Positions 9,568 to 19,184 of a DNA stretch of 64,000 nt are shown here, in pieces (the stretch's first letter is position 1; each line of letters starts with the position of its first letter). Source of the stretch: Candidatus Saccharimonadales bacterium (GTDB lineage Bacteria; Chloroflexota; Dormibacteria; Aeolococcales; Aeolococcaceae); NCBI GenBank assembly GCA_035532495.1, contig DATKQX010000026.1:14160-78159 (forward strand), written 5' to 3'. A program made the position numbers and the translations under genes. Below the pieces are notes generated by a model. It searched no databases. It was not told the DNA's origin and worked only from the letters and a program-made list of their open reading frames with translations.

Positions 9568-9855
9568 TCAGAGATGAATCAGCTCGAAATGCGAGCCGAG
9601 GACGAGCGCCTCGCCGTGGTCGTCGACGAAGCGCAGCACCTTCTGGCACATCTCGTCCGCATGACGGGTGTCGGAGCTGACGCACGCCACGCCGATCACC
9701 GCGGACTGCCAGAGGTCCTGGTCGCCGACCTCGGCGACAGCGACGTTGAACGTATTGCGCAGACGCGATGTCAGCGAGCGCACGACCTGACGCTTGTCCT
9801 TGAGCGATTCGCTGTCCGGCACCTGCAGGGTGACCGTCAGCGTGCCGATGACCAT
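9568..9855 (-). CDS. DUF503 (YlxP-like) family protein
   Basis: 95 aa, sequence pattern LKDKRQVVRSL..R typical of DUF503. Confidence 0.7.
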   Translation of the reverse strand: MVIGTLTVTLQVPDSESLKDKRQVVRSLTSRLRNTFNVAVAEVGDQDLWQSAVIGVACVSSDTRHADEMCQKVLRFVDDHGEALVLGSHFELIHL

Positions 9856-9890
9856 CCCGGTCTGCCGCTAGCCGCGAGGCCCCATGGCGA

Positions 9891-10187
9891 TCACAGGGCG
9901 TCGAGCAACTTCTGGCGGAGCACCTCCAGCGTCTCGAAATCGTCGACGGACGGTCGCTGCATCGCCTTGCTTGGAAACTTCAGATGCTGCACGGCCTCCG
10001 AGAGGATGCGCAGCTCGTTGTCGGTGAGACGGACCGAGCGCATGTGCGGAGCCGGGGCGGACGGAACCGGGTGCACCGGCTCATCATTCATCGCAGGCGA
10101 CAGCGGGGCGTCGAGCTGTTCAGGTTCCTCGGTTCGGAACAGTTCGTCGCTGCCGCGCAGCTGCGCGCGGCGGAATCCGCGCATCAC
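9891..10187 (-). CDS. hypothetical 98-aa protein, co-oriented immediately downstream of ParA-like gene (4-bp overlap)
   Basis: ORF with GC3 bias, start overlaps ParA-like stop; no recognisable family. Confidence 0.4.
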   Translation of the reverse strand: MMRGFRRAQLRGSDELFRTEEPEQLDAPLSPAMNDEPVHPVPSAPAPHMRSVRLTDNELRILSEAVQHLKFPSKAMQRPSVDDFETLEVLRQKLLDAL

Positions 10188-11020
10188 CCCCGTGCCGCGC
10201 GCACCCGCTCGCGCGGACGCTCCGCGCTACCGGAAATCTCGACGGTGGCATCGCTGTCCTGCGCGATGACCGCCTTGGCGAGGGCCCGGTAGGAGCGTGC
10301 CCCAGGCGAGTTCGGTGCGTACTCGAGGATCGACTGCCCCGCGAGCGGTGTCTCCGCGAACCGGATCGACGAGTCAATGGTGATGGGGAAGACCAGATCG
10401 GGATACGCGCTCTTGACGAGGTCGAGGACCTCCTGACTGTGCAGCGTCCGCGACTTGTAGAGGGTCGGCAGGATGCCGGCGACGCGGAGATGGCTGTTGA
10501 GCTTCGCGCGCACGCGATCGATGGTGCGCTGCAGCTGTTGCATCCCCTTCATGCCGAAGTATTCGCACTGCAGCGGGATGATCACGTCCGTCGACGCGAC
10601 GAGCGCGTTGATGCACAGCAGCCCGAGCGATGGTGGGCAGTCGATGACGACGTAGTCGTAGCGTCCGTCGATCGGCTCGAGCTTCTCGCGAAGAATCGAC
10701 TCACGGCCGAATTCCGTCACGAGCTGCAATTCCGCACCGCTGAGGTCGATGTTGGCCGGAATGAAATCGAGGCCCATGCCCTCCGAGCGCAGCAGCACAT
10801 CGGACACGTTGACCCGATGGTCGGTGAGGACGTCGTAGATCGTCTTCTCCAACTCGTCCGGCCTGCGGCAGCCCATGTTGATCGTGAGATGGCCCTGCGG
10901 ATCAAGATCCACCGCGAGGACCTTGGACCCGGCCTCGGCGAGCGCCGCTGCGAGGTTGACAGCGGTCGTCGTCTTGCCGACTCCACCCTTCTGATTCGCG
11001 ACCGAAATGACCCGCGTCAT
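10184..11020 (-). CDS. ParA/Soj-family P-loop ATPase
   Basis: Deviant Walker A KGGVGKTTT, DLDPQG, ILPTLYKSRT motifs; likely start at MTRVIS (11020) inside ORF 10184..11047. Confidence 0.85.
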   Translation of the reverse strand: MTRVISVANQKGGVGKTTTAVNLAAALAEAGSKVLAVDLDPQGHLTINMGCRRPDELEKTIYDVLTDHRVNVSDVLLRSEGMGLDFIPANIDLSGAELQLVTEFGRESILREKLEPIDGRYDYVVIDCPPSLGLLCINALVASTDVIIPLQCEYFGMKGMQQLQRTIDRVRAKLNSHLRVAGILPTLYKSRTLHSQEVLDLVKSAYPDLVFPITIDSSIRFAETPLAGQSILEYAPNSPGARSYRALAKAVIAQDSDATVEISGSAERPRERVRAARG

Positions 11021-11168
11021 TGCTGGGGCGGTGTCGAGATGTCGCAAAGAGAACAGACGCGCCTCACTGAGCAGGTATCATAGCGAACCCGATTGCCTCT
11101 CTCTGCCGCAGGGCGGGAGCAAGCGCACTCGCAGCGGTCATTGATCCGGAAATCCGGACTGGAGCCTG

Positions 11169-12053
11169 GTGTCTGAAGAACGTGTGAAGCCTCGCGGCCT
11201 GTTCGTCGAAGAGGCCATCCAACTCGCGCTCGAGAGCCGGTGGGCCGACGCGCTTGCCGTGAACCAAGCACTTGTCGAGCGCCACGGCGAAGACGAGGAG
11301 GCCCTCAACCGGATCGGCAAGGCGCTGACTGAACTCGGCCAGCGCGAGGAGGCACTCGCCGCGTACTCGGGCTCGCTGCGCATCAATCCGCTCAATCTCA
11401 TCGCGCAGAAGAACGTCCGCAAGCTCACGGTCATGCTCGAGAGCAAGAACATGGTGGCCGGATCGGCCGCCCCTTTCGACGTCGAGCTGTTCACCGAGGA
11501 GCCCGGCAAGAGCGCCATCACGGTGTTGAGCGCTCCGTCGAAGTCGGCCACCGTCTCGATCGCCCCGGGCGACGTCGTCGAGCTGTACCGCGAGGGATCC
11601 ACCCTCCGCGCCCAGACCTCACGGGGCGTATCGCTCGGCGAGGTCGACACCAAGATCGCGCGACGGCTCGTCCCGCTCATGGAGACGGGGAACCGCTACT
11701 CGGCGGCTGTCGCCCGCCTCGAGGACGAGCGGGTGGAGATCATCCTTCGCGAGACCTACCAGGCCGCTGAGAACGCCAGGAAGTCGTCCTTCCCGCTCGC
11801 CAAGGGGGGCCGCCGCGAGGAGTTCCGGCCGTACGCAAAGGATTCGCTGCTCGCGTCGAGGGAGATCGACTCGACCCCCCTTGACGATGACGACACGGAC
11901 GACGGCTTCGGCAGTCCGGCGCCGGCGAGGGCTGACGACGACCTCGGCGATCTGGGCATGAGCACGTTCGACTCGGAGGGCGACGACGCCAAGCCCGTAG
12001 CCGACGCCGAGGAGGACGACGACGACGACGCGCGTCCCGAGGACTCCTACTAG
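11169..12053 (+). CDS. TPR-like protein with strongly acidic, disordered C-terminus
   Basis: GTG start with upstream GGAG; N-terminal helical repeat region; C-terminal DDDDTDDG...EEDDDDDARPEDSY. Confidence 0.55.
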   Translation: MSEERVKPRGLFVEEAIQLALESRWADALAVNQALVERHGEDEEALNRIGKALTELGQREEALAAYSGSLRINPLNLIAQKNVRKLTVMLESKNMVAGSAAPFDVELFTEEPGKSAITVLSAPSKSATVSIAPGDVVELYREGSTLRAQTSRGVSLGEVDTKIARRLVPLMETGNRYSAAVARLEDERVEIILRETYQAAENARKSSFPLAKGGRREEFRPYAKDSLLASREIDSTPLDDDDTDDGFGSPAPARADDDLGDLGMSTFDSEGDDAKPVADAEEDDDDDARPEDSY

Positions 12054-12075
12054 ACCGGCATCGGCCGACGGCGCG

Positions 12076-14082
12076 ATGCCCCATGGGGCACCCTGGGTCA
12101 GCGCCGCCGATGACCGCATTGACGGGTATCTGCCGATCGGCTCCTACGGCCTGATCGGCGATTGCCGCTCGGCAGCCCTGGTCGGTGTCGACGGCAGCAT
12201 CGACTGGCTCTGCTTGCCGCGATTCGACGACCCGTCCATCTTCGGCCGGATCCTCGACGCGGACAAGGGTGGGAGCTGGCAACTCCATCCCGATGAGCGG
12301 CACCAGGTCCACCAGCGATACCGCGATCGGACCAACCTCCTGGATACCGTGTTCGCCACCGGCTCCGGAGTTGTCGTGGTCACGGATTTCATGCCGGTCG
12401 ATGCGCGCAGCGTCGTCCAGCACGCCAAGCCACACAACCACGCCCGCGTTGTCCGCCTGGTGGAGTGCCTGGCAGGCGAGATGACGATGCATCAGGTCTT
12501 CAATCCGGCGCCGGACTACGCTCGAGCACAGCTCTCGATGACCCTGGACGATGGGCAGCTGCATGCGGACACCGATCGCCTGCACCTCTGCCTGAGCTCG
12601 ACGATCGAGCTTGACGGAGCCGACGACACCTTCCAGCTTCGTGCCACCGAAGCCGTCGCCTTCGCGTTGCACACCGGCCGCGCCGGGCGATGCGGGGCGC
12701 GGCCCTGGAGTGTCGAGCGTGCCCGCAGCATGCTGCGTGAGAGCCAGCGATACTGGTGGCGCTGGGTTGGTCAGGTCGAGTATCACGGCCCGTATCAGGT
12801 GCACGTCTGGCGGTCGGCGCTTGCACTGAAGCTCATGACCTATGCGCCCACCGGCGCGATCGTCGCCGCGCCGACGACGAGCCTGCCGGAGGACATCGGC
12901 GGCGAGCGCAACTGGGATTACCGATACACGTGGCTGCGCGACGCCGCGTTCACCCTCTACGCGTTCTTCCAACTCGGGCTCACCGACGAAGCCACGGCCT
13001 ACTTCGACTGGCTGACGCACCGTCATCTGGCCGATCGCAAGGTCGACGACATTCCCAACCTGTTCGACCTCGACGGTCACTCGCACGCGACGGAACACAG
13101 GCTCGACCATCTCGAGGGATATCGAGGTTCCACGCCGGTGCGCATCGGCAATGCCGCGGTGAACCAGCTGCAGCTCGACGTGTACGGCGAGCTGCTCGAC
13201 AGCGCGTACGTGTTCGCGCGGTTCGGCGGTGTCATCAGCGAGAACCTCTGGGGGGAGCTCAGCAACATCGTTGAGCTGGCGATCAGGCGATGGATGGAAC
13301 CGGACTCATCGATCTGGGAAGTGCGTAGCGAGCGCAAGCAGTACACGTACAGCAAGCTGATGTGCTGGGTCGCTGTTGACCGCGGGATTCGCATCGCGGA
13401 CCGCTACAACCTTCCGTATGACAGGGTCGCGTGGCGTCGGGCGCGCATCGTCATCCACCGCGCCATCACATCGCGGGGGTACTCGAAGCACCGCCGCGCC
13501 TTCACTCAGGAATTCGACAGTGACGCGCTCGATGCCGCGGTGCTGCGCGTCAGTCAGGTGCGCTTCGTTGCAGATCGCGATCCACGCATTCATTCAACGG
13601 TGCGCGCGATCGCGCAGCATCTCGGCGAGGGTGTGCTCGTCAACCGCTACCGGATGGATGAGAGCGAGGACGGCCTTCGCGGTGCGGAGGGCGCGTTCTT
13701 CATGACCTCGTTCTGGCTTGTCGATGCGCTCGCGCACACAGGAGAGCTCGAGGAGGCAGAACGTCGATTCGAGCGCCTGCTCAACTTCGGGTCGCCACTC
13801 GGCCTCTTCTCCGAAGAGGTGGACGTGCGCAGCGGCCGGCTGCTCGGCAACTATCCGCAGGCATTCACGCACCTCGCGCTCGTCGGCGCCGCCGTGAACA
13901 TGGAGCGTGCGCGGCAGCGCAGCCTCGGCGTCAAAGGATTGCGGAAACCCTCGACATCAACAGTCACGCGGAGCGAACTTGCGCACCGCCGTCGATCCGA
14001 CGACGGTGCCGGCACTGCGCAGGCGCTAGAGCAGTTGGTACAGCGCGAACGCGACGCCAAAGGCGACGACGATGGTGCGTAG
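12076..14082 (+). CDS. glycoside hydrolase family 15 protein (glucoamylase/trehalase-like)
   Basis: N-terminal GSIDWLCLPRFDDPSIFGRILD and (alpha/alpha)6 barrel motifs characteristic of GH15. Confidence 0.85.
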   Translation: MPHGAPWVSAADDRIDGYLPIGSYGLIGDCRSAALVGVDGSIDWLCLPRFDDPSIFGRILDADKGGSWQLHPDERHQVHQRYRDRTNLLDTVFATGSGVVVVTDFMPVDARSVVQHAKPHNHARVVRLVECLAGEMTMHQVFNPAPDYARAQLSMTLDDGQLHADTDRLHLCLSSTIELDGADDTFQLRATEAVAFALHTGRAGRCGARPWSVERARSMLRESQRYWWRWVGQVEYHGPYQVHVWRSALALKLMTYAPTGAIVAAPTTSLPEDIGGERNWDYRYTWLRDAAFTLYAFFQLGLTDEATAYFDWLTHRHLADRKVDDIPNLFDLDGHSHATEHRLDHLEGYRGSTPVRIGNAAVNQLQLDVYGELLDSAYVFARFGGVISENLWGELSNIVELAIRRWMEPDSSIWEVRSERKQYTYSKLMCWVAVDRGIRIADRYNLPYDRVAWRRARIVIHRAITSRGYSKHRRAFTQEFDSDALDAAVLRVSQVRFVADRDPRIHSTVRAIAQHLGEGVLVNRYRMDESEDGLRGAEGAFFMTSFWLVDALAHTGELEEAERRFERLLNFGSPLGLFSEEVDVRSGRLLGNYPQAFTHLALVGAAVNMERARQRSLGVKGLRKPSTSTVTRSELAHRRRSDDGAGTAQALEQLVQRERDAKGDDDGA

Positions 14083-14787
14083 CACCGTTGGATGCATGCG
14101 TCGCGCCAGCGCCACGCCCGCGAACCCGCCGACCGCGCTCGTGGGAAGCATGACCAGGACCGCGGTCCACGACACGGGGCCGAACAACGCGAAGTAGATC
14201 GCCGCGACGACATTGATGATCAGGGCCATCATGCCCTTGAGCGCGTTGAGCCGCTGCAGATCGTCGCGGATGAAGAGTCCGAGCACGGCGAGCATCATCA
14301 CGCCAAGACCGGCGCCGAAAAAGGCGCCGTAGATACCGCCGAAGAATTGAGCCATCGCGAGCAGCGGCGACCGGTGCTGGTCGCGCTGCGGTCGTCGGGC
14401 GCGCACCCGGGCCGTCACCACGGGCTGGAGCAGCAGGAGGGCGCAGGCGAGCAGGATGAGCCACGGGACGATCGCGGTGAACACATGATTCGAGGTGCGC
14501 GTGAGGAGAATCGCGCCCACCACCGCTCCGGCGACACTGATGGGTCCCAGAAACAGCACTCGCCGGCGTTGCACCGACAGTTCTGCGCGGTACGCGATGC
14601 TGCCGCCGGCGAAGCCCGGGAGGAGTCCGAGGGTATTGCTGACGTTCGCCGTCAGGGCCGGAAACCCGAGCAGGAGCAGTGCCGGGAACGACAGGAGCGT
14701 CCCGCCGCCGGCGACCGCGTTCACGGCGCCGGCGAGCAGCGCCGCCGCCGCGACCAGCAACAATCGCCCGGTGTCGAGATGGACCAC
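14026..14787 (-). CDS. sulfite exporter TauE/SafE family membrane protein
   Basis: Two-repeat 4-TM architecture, Gly-rich helices; convergent 57-bp overlap with GH15 3' end. Confidence 0.8.
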   Translation of the reverse strand: MVHLDTGRLLLVAAAALLAGAVNAVAGGGTLLSFPALLLLGFPALTANVSNTLGLLPGFAGGSIAYRAELSVQRRRVLFLGPISVAGAVVGAILLTRTSNHVFTAIVPWLILLACALLLLQPVVTARVRARRPQRDQHRSPLLAMAQFFGGIYGAFFGAGLGVMMLAVLGLFIRDDLQRLNALKGMMALIINVVAAIYFALFGPVSWTAVLVMLPTSAVGGFAGVALARRMHPTVLRTIVVAFGVAFALYQLL

Positions 14788-14795
14788 GCCCTGCG

Positions 14796-15701
14796 CTACG
14801 CCGGCGACGCCACCACCACGTTGCGGAGCAGCCCCACCCCGTCGATCTCGGACTCCATGACATCACCCGGTTGCAGGAATTCCGGTGGGGTTCGCGCGAA
14901 GCCGACGCCCTCGGGCGTGCCGGTGGCGATGAGCATCCCCGGAAGCAGCGTCATGCCCACCGACAACCACTCGATGATCGCGTCGACGGGGTAGATCATG
15001 TCCCGGCTGCTCGCGTCCTGCTTGACCTCGCCGTTGATCCGCAGCTGGAGATGCAGATCCTGAACATCGGCGACCTCGTCTTTGGTCAGCACCCACGGCC
15101 CCACCGGACACGACCCATCGAGGCTCTTGCCCTTGAACCATTGACCACCCCACCCGTTCTGGATGTCCCGGGCGGTCACGTCGTTGACCACGGTGTATCC
15201 GAACACATGAGCGAGGGCATCGGCGCGTTTGATATTCGCTCCACGCCGGCCGATGACCACGCCGAGCTCGACCTCCCAGTCGATCTTCACGCTCACCGAC
15301 GGGTCGACGCTGATATTGGCGTACGGGCCGGTGATCGTGGTGATCGCCTTGGTGAAGATGGTGGGTGGTCCGACCTCGGTGTTGAGGGCGCGCGCGCCTT
15401 CCTCGGCATGCTTCTGATAGTTGCGGCCGATGGCGAGGACATTCCCACGCGGCGGATCGAAGGGGGCCAGGATGTTCAGGTCGGCGAGGGACCGAATTGC
15501 TCCCGCGGTGGGCGCGGCCGAGGCCAGCCCTCGCAGACGTTCGAGCACGTCAGCACCCGCGTCGATGACGCCGAGGATGTCGGCGGGGAGGGGTGCAGAG
15601 CCGTTGGCGACCGCAGCGACGTCGATGATCTCGTCCGGTGCGCCATCGCGCGCGACGCCGAGTGCCCGTGCCTCCCCATTCTGAAACATCAGGAGTCTCA
15701 T
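14796..15701 (-). CDS. fumarylacetoacetate hydrolase (FAH) family protein
   Basis: FAH-fold motifs (GRNY.KHAEE, ELGVVIG, GTPEGVG); start MRLLMFQNGE inside longer ORF 14796..15842. Confidence 0.8.
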   Translation of the reverse strand: MRLLMFQNGEARALGVARDGAPDEIIDVAAVANGSAPLPADILGVIDAGADVLERLRGLASAAPTAGAIRSLADLNILAPFDPPRGNVLAIGRNYQKHAEEGARALNTEVGPPTIFTKAITTITGPYANISVDPSVSVKIDWEVELGVVIGRRGANIKRADALAHVFGYTVVNDVTARDIQNGWGGQWFKGKSLDGSCPVGPWVLTKDEVADVQDLHLQLRINGEVKQDASSRDMIYPVDAIIEWLSVGMTLLPGMLIATGTPEGVGFARTPPEFLQPGDVMESEIDGVGLLRNVVVASPA

Positions 15702-16513
15702 GGTGTGTGTGCCTCCGAGCCGGGCGGCGGCGTGAGCGTCGTCGCGGCTCCCAAAAAAAGTTCCTCGAAATCCTGGCGATCGAGGAGTTCGCCGGGTTGT
15801 CCCTCCAGGCGCGTGGAGCCAGAGACGAGGACACACGTCCATGCGGCTATCTCGAGAGCGGCGCGGGCGCGTTGCTCGACGAGCAGCACGGCCTTGCCCA
15901 TGGCGCCGAGGCCCTTCACCTGTTCGTGCAGCAGCTTCTCCGCAAGCTGCGGCGCGAGGTTGGCGGTCGGCTCGTCGAGGATGAGGACCTGCGGATCCAG
16001 CATCAGCACCCGTGCGATGGCGAGCATCTTGCGTTCGCCTCCGCTCAGCTTGTCGGCGCGCCGCTTGAGCATCGGCTTCAACGCCGGGAACACGTCGAGC
16101 ACCTCGGGGACGCGGGTCCGGATCGTCGTCGCGGGGAGCAGATACGCTCCCATCTCAAGATTCTCGAGAACCGTCAGCGGTTCGAAAATGTCCTGCACCT
16201 GCGGGACGTAACCGACCCCGCGGCGCGCCAATTGCTCGGGAGGGCGGTTGGTGACATCGTCGGTTCCAAGCATCACGCGTCCGGCAGTCACGCGCAGGAT
16301 ACCGACGAGCGATTTCAGCAGCGTGCTCTTCCCCGCGCCGTTCGGGCCGATGATGGCGACGATCTCACCGAGTCCGACGCTCAACGTGACGTTCTGGATG
16401 ATGGGCACCCCGCCATATCCCGCGGTGATGCCTTCGGCGCGCAGCAGTTGCTCAGGCCGTTGCGTGCCCGTCGTCACAGCGTCACCCGACAAGGTATGCG
16501 TCGACGATTTCAC
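15698..16513 (-). CDS. livF: branched-chain amino acid ABC transporter ATP-binding protein (LivF-like)
   Basis: Walker A GPNGAGKST, signature LSGGE, Walker B LILDEP; alternative GTG start 16477. Confidence 0.9.
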   Translation of the reverse strand: MKSSTHTLSGDAVTTGTQRPEQLLRAEGITAGYGGVPIIQNVTLSVGLGEIVAIIGPNGAGKSTLLKSLVGILRVTAGRVMLGTDDVTNRPPEQLARRGVGYVPQVQDIFEPLTVLENLEMGAYLLPATTIRTRVPEVLDVFPALKPMLKRRADKLSGGERKMLAIARVLMLDPQVLILDEPTANLAPQLAEKLLHEQVKGLGAMGKAVLLVEQRARAALEIAAWTCVLVSGSTRLEGQPGELLDRQDFEELFLGAATTLTPPPGSEAHTP

Positions 16514-17303
16514 GCTGCTGGCGGAGAAACGTCATGGTGCCCTGACCGATGACGTGTCCCTGGGCCATGACGATGACCGGGTCGCAGAGTCGTTCGATCA
16601 TATGGAGCTCGTGCTCGACGATCAGGATCGTGAGTCCCTCGTCGCGCAGCGTCTCGCAGTAGTCCGCGATCTCGCCGATCACGGACGGATGGACGCCGGA
16701 CATCGGTTCGTCGAGGAGCAACAACCGAGGCCCAAGCATCAGCGCACGCATGATCTCGACCAGACGTTTCTGCCCGCCGCTCAGCGAGCTCGCATAGTCC
16801 GACTCCTTGGCGGACATGCGGAAGCGCTCGAGCAGGACACGGGCCTGCACCACGAGCCGGTCCTCGTCCACACCCCAGTACCGCCTGCCGAGGAGCGCGC
16901 CGATCAGCGAGTCGCCGCGGTTGCCAGGTGCGGCGGCCATGAGGTTCTCGAGGACGGTGAGCTGCGCGAACTCCGATGGGAGTTGGAAGGTGCGAACGAG
17001 CCCACGCCGCGCCCGCTGAAACGTGGGCATCCTGGTCACATCCGCGCCGTCGAAGATGATCGTCCCAGCGCTTGCCGGGAGTGTGCCCGCAAGCAGGGCG
17101 AGGAAGGTGGATTTCCCCGCTCCGTTGGGCCCGATCAAACCGGTGATGCGGCCGGGCTGCACGTCGATGGATACATCCTCGACCGCGTGCATCCCCTCGA
17201 AATGCCTGCTGATGCCACGTGCCGCCAACAGCGGCCCAGCGCCGGCCGCGGCCTCACCCCCCGCGACGGGGCGCCTGGCGACGGCGTCGGCGTCAACCGC
17301 CAC
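16482..17303 (-). CDS. livG: branched-chain amino acid ABC transporter ATP-binding protein (LivG-like)
   Basis: Walker A GPNGAGKST, LSGGQKR, LLLDEP. Confidence 0.9.
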   Translation of the reverse strand: MAVDADAVARRPVAGGEAAAGAGPLLAARGISRHFEGMHAVEDVSIDVQPGRITGLIGPNGAGKSTFLALLAGTLPASAGTIIFDGADVTRMPTFQRARRGLVRTFQLPSEFAQLTVLENLMAAAPGNRGDSLIGALLGRRYWGVDEDRLVVQARVLLERFRMSAKESDYASSLSGGQKRLVEIMRALMLGPRLLLLDEPMSGVHPSVIGEIADYCETLRDEGLTILIVEHELHMIERLCDPVIVMAQGHVIGQGTMTFLRQQREIVDAYLVG

Positions 17304-18276
17304 CGCGTTCCTCCTCGGGCTGGCTCGCCGCCGCCAGGCGAAAGACTCGCCGGCGCTCCGGAATGACTCCGCGCGGACGGAACCAGAGGAAGCCGAGAAT
17401 CAGCCCCCCGATGCACACCCACTCAAACGCGGGGATGAGCCCGGGGGGTCCGAACGGCGGGATGTAGCGGGTTGCCTCCTCGAAGCCGACCGGGACGAGG
17501 AGTGCGCCGAGCACCGCACCGTAGTTGTTGCCGCGACCGCCGACGATCACCGCGGCGAACAGGATCAGCGTTTCGGGGTACAGCCACGTGGAAGGTGCCC
17601 ATGTCGTGATGAAGCCCACCAGGATCGCGCCGCTCAGACCGGCGATGGCGCCGCCGACCACGAACATGCTCATCTTGAGCGCCACCGAATTCTTGCCGAG
17701 CGCACTCGCCGCCAGCTCGTTCTCGCGCATCGCACGAAGCGATCGCCCGTACGGCGAGTTGATGATGCGTTGCGCGATCACGAAGATGATTGCGGCGAGG
17801 ACGACGGTGGCCGCCGAGTACACCCAGAGATACCCGTCGGAGTAGGGGTTGAAGATGTTCGACAGCGGTTGGGGCACGAGCGAAATCCCGGCCGCGCCAT
17901 CGAGGAACTGTGGCGTATTGGTGATCACGAGGCTCGCGATCACCGAGAGCACGAGCATGGCGATCGCCTGGTAATCGCTGCGCAGCCGGCGGAGGACCAC
18001 CAGCCCGATCGGCGGGGCGAGCAGCGCGCCGACGATGGTGGCGCCGATCCAGGGATATGGAAAGGGCAGATTCAACCCCAGGACGTACGTCTGGAAGCCG
18101 CCGTTGGCGGTGTCCGGCGGCATCGAGAGCACCGCGGCGGTGTAGGCCCCGGCCGCCTGGAAGACGATGAAGCTGAAGTTGACGATGCCGGATATGCCGA
18201 ATTGCAGGCTGATCGCGAGGCACGCGAGCACGTCGACACCCGCGTAGACGAGTAGCGTCGTGAGGTAGTACGTCAT
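17293..18276 (-). CDS. livM: branched-chain amino acid ABC transporter permease (LivM-like)
   Basis: Start MTYYLTT at 18276 overlaps livH stop (ATGA); the N-terminal 355 aa of the 682-aa ORF in the track are non-coding-like. Confidence 0.85.
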   Translation of the reverse strand: MTYYLTTLLVYAGVDVLACLAISLQFGISGIVNFSFIVFQAAGAYTAAVLSMPPDTANGGFQTYVLGLNLPFPYPWIGATIVGALLAPPIGLVVLRRLRSDYQAIAMLVLSVIASLVITNTPQFLDGAAGISLVPQPLSNIFNPYSDGYLWVYSAATVVLAAIIFVIAQRIINSPYGRSLRAMRENELAASALGKNSVALKMSMFVVGGAIAGLSGAILVGFITTWAPSTWLYPETLILFAAVIVGGRGNNYGAVLGALLVPVGFEEATRYIPPFGPPGLIPAFEWVCIGGLILGFLWFRPRGVIPERRRVFRLAAASQPEEERGGG

Positions 18277-19157
18277 CCCGCAGCCGCGAGCGTGCCGCGC
18301 TTGGCGAGCAGGCCCTGGGGCCGGAGCACCATGACCAGCACCAGAGCCGCGAACGCCGCGACCTGCTTGTACTCGGGTGTGATGAGTGCAGCGCTCACCT
18401 CGGTCATCTCGCCGATGATGACCGCGCCGATCATCGCGCCATACGGATGACCCGCGCCGCCGAGCACCGACGCCGCGATGATCGGAATGAGGAACTCGGA
18501 ACCGTTCGCGACGGAGAAGGCGTCGGAATTCATGCCGGCCACGACACCTGCCACGCCGCACAGCGCGCCTGTGATGAGCCATGCGAAGTCGATGACTCGG
18601 GCGGTCGGGATCCCGCAGTTTCGAGCGAGTGTTGGATTGGCGGCGGTGGCTCGCATGGCCTTCCCCAGCCGCGTGAAGTGCAGCAGCGCGTAGATCAGCA
18701 CCATTGCGACGACCGCCACCGCCATGATCGCGATCTGCACGCCGGTCAACGCGATTGACCCGGCGTGGAGCGTCGGGCCGGTGTCGAGATGGTATGAGAC
18801 GCTGTAGTACCCGACGATCGGGAGCAGCACGTTGGCGATGACCAGTGACACGGCAAGCGAGATGATCACCATCCCGATGAGGTTGGTCCCCTTGCGCTGA
18901 AACGGCGCGTAGATCGTGCGGTTGAGGAGGAAGGAGAACAGCGCACCGAACACAGCGCCGACAACCATCGACAACCAGATGCTCACTCCCGCGTTGTTGA
19001 CGGCGTAGGCCGCGTATGCGGACGCGATCATCACCTGGCCATACGCAAGGTTGATCATGTTCGTGATGCCGAACTGCATCGTGAATCCCACCGCCGCGAT
19101 GGCGATGATCGACATGGTCACGAGGCCGAAGCCGAAGGCGGCAACGATCAAACTCAT
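18273..19157 (-). CDS. livH: branched-chain amino acid ABC transporter permease (LivH-like)
   Basis: Polytopic permease with LivH-like motifs. Confidence 0.9.
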   Translation of the reverse strand: MSLIVAAFGFGLVTMSIIAIAAVGFTMQFGITNMINLAYGQVMIASAYAAYAVNNAGVSIWLSMVVGAVFGALFSFLLNRTIYAPFQRKGTNLIGMVIISLAVSLVIANVLLPIVGYYSVSYHLDTGPTLHAGSIALTGVQIAIMAVAVVAMVLIYALLHFTRLGKAMRATAANPTLARNCGIPTARVIDFAWLITGALCGVAGVVAGMNSDAFSVANGSEFLIPIIAASVLGGAGHPYGAMIGAVIIGEMTEVSAALITPEYKQVAAFAALVLVMVLRPQGLLAKRGTLAAAG

Positions 19158-19184
19158 CGTTGCCGCCTCCAGTCGTTACGTGAC

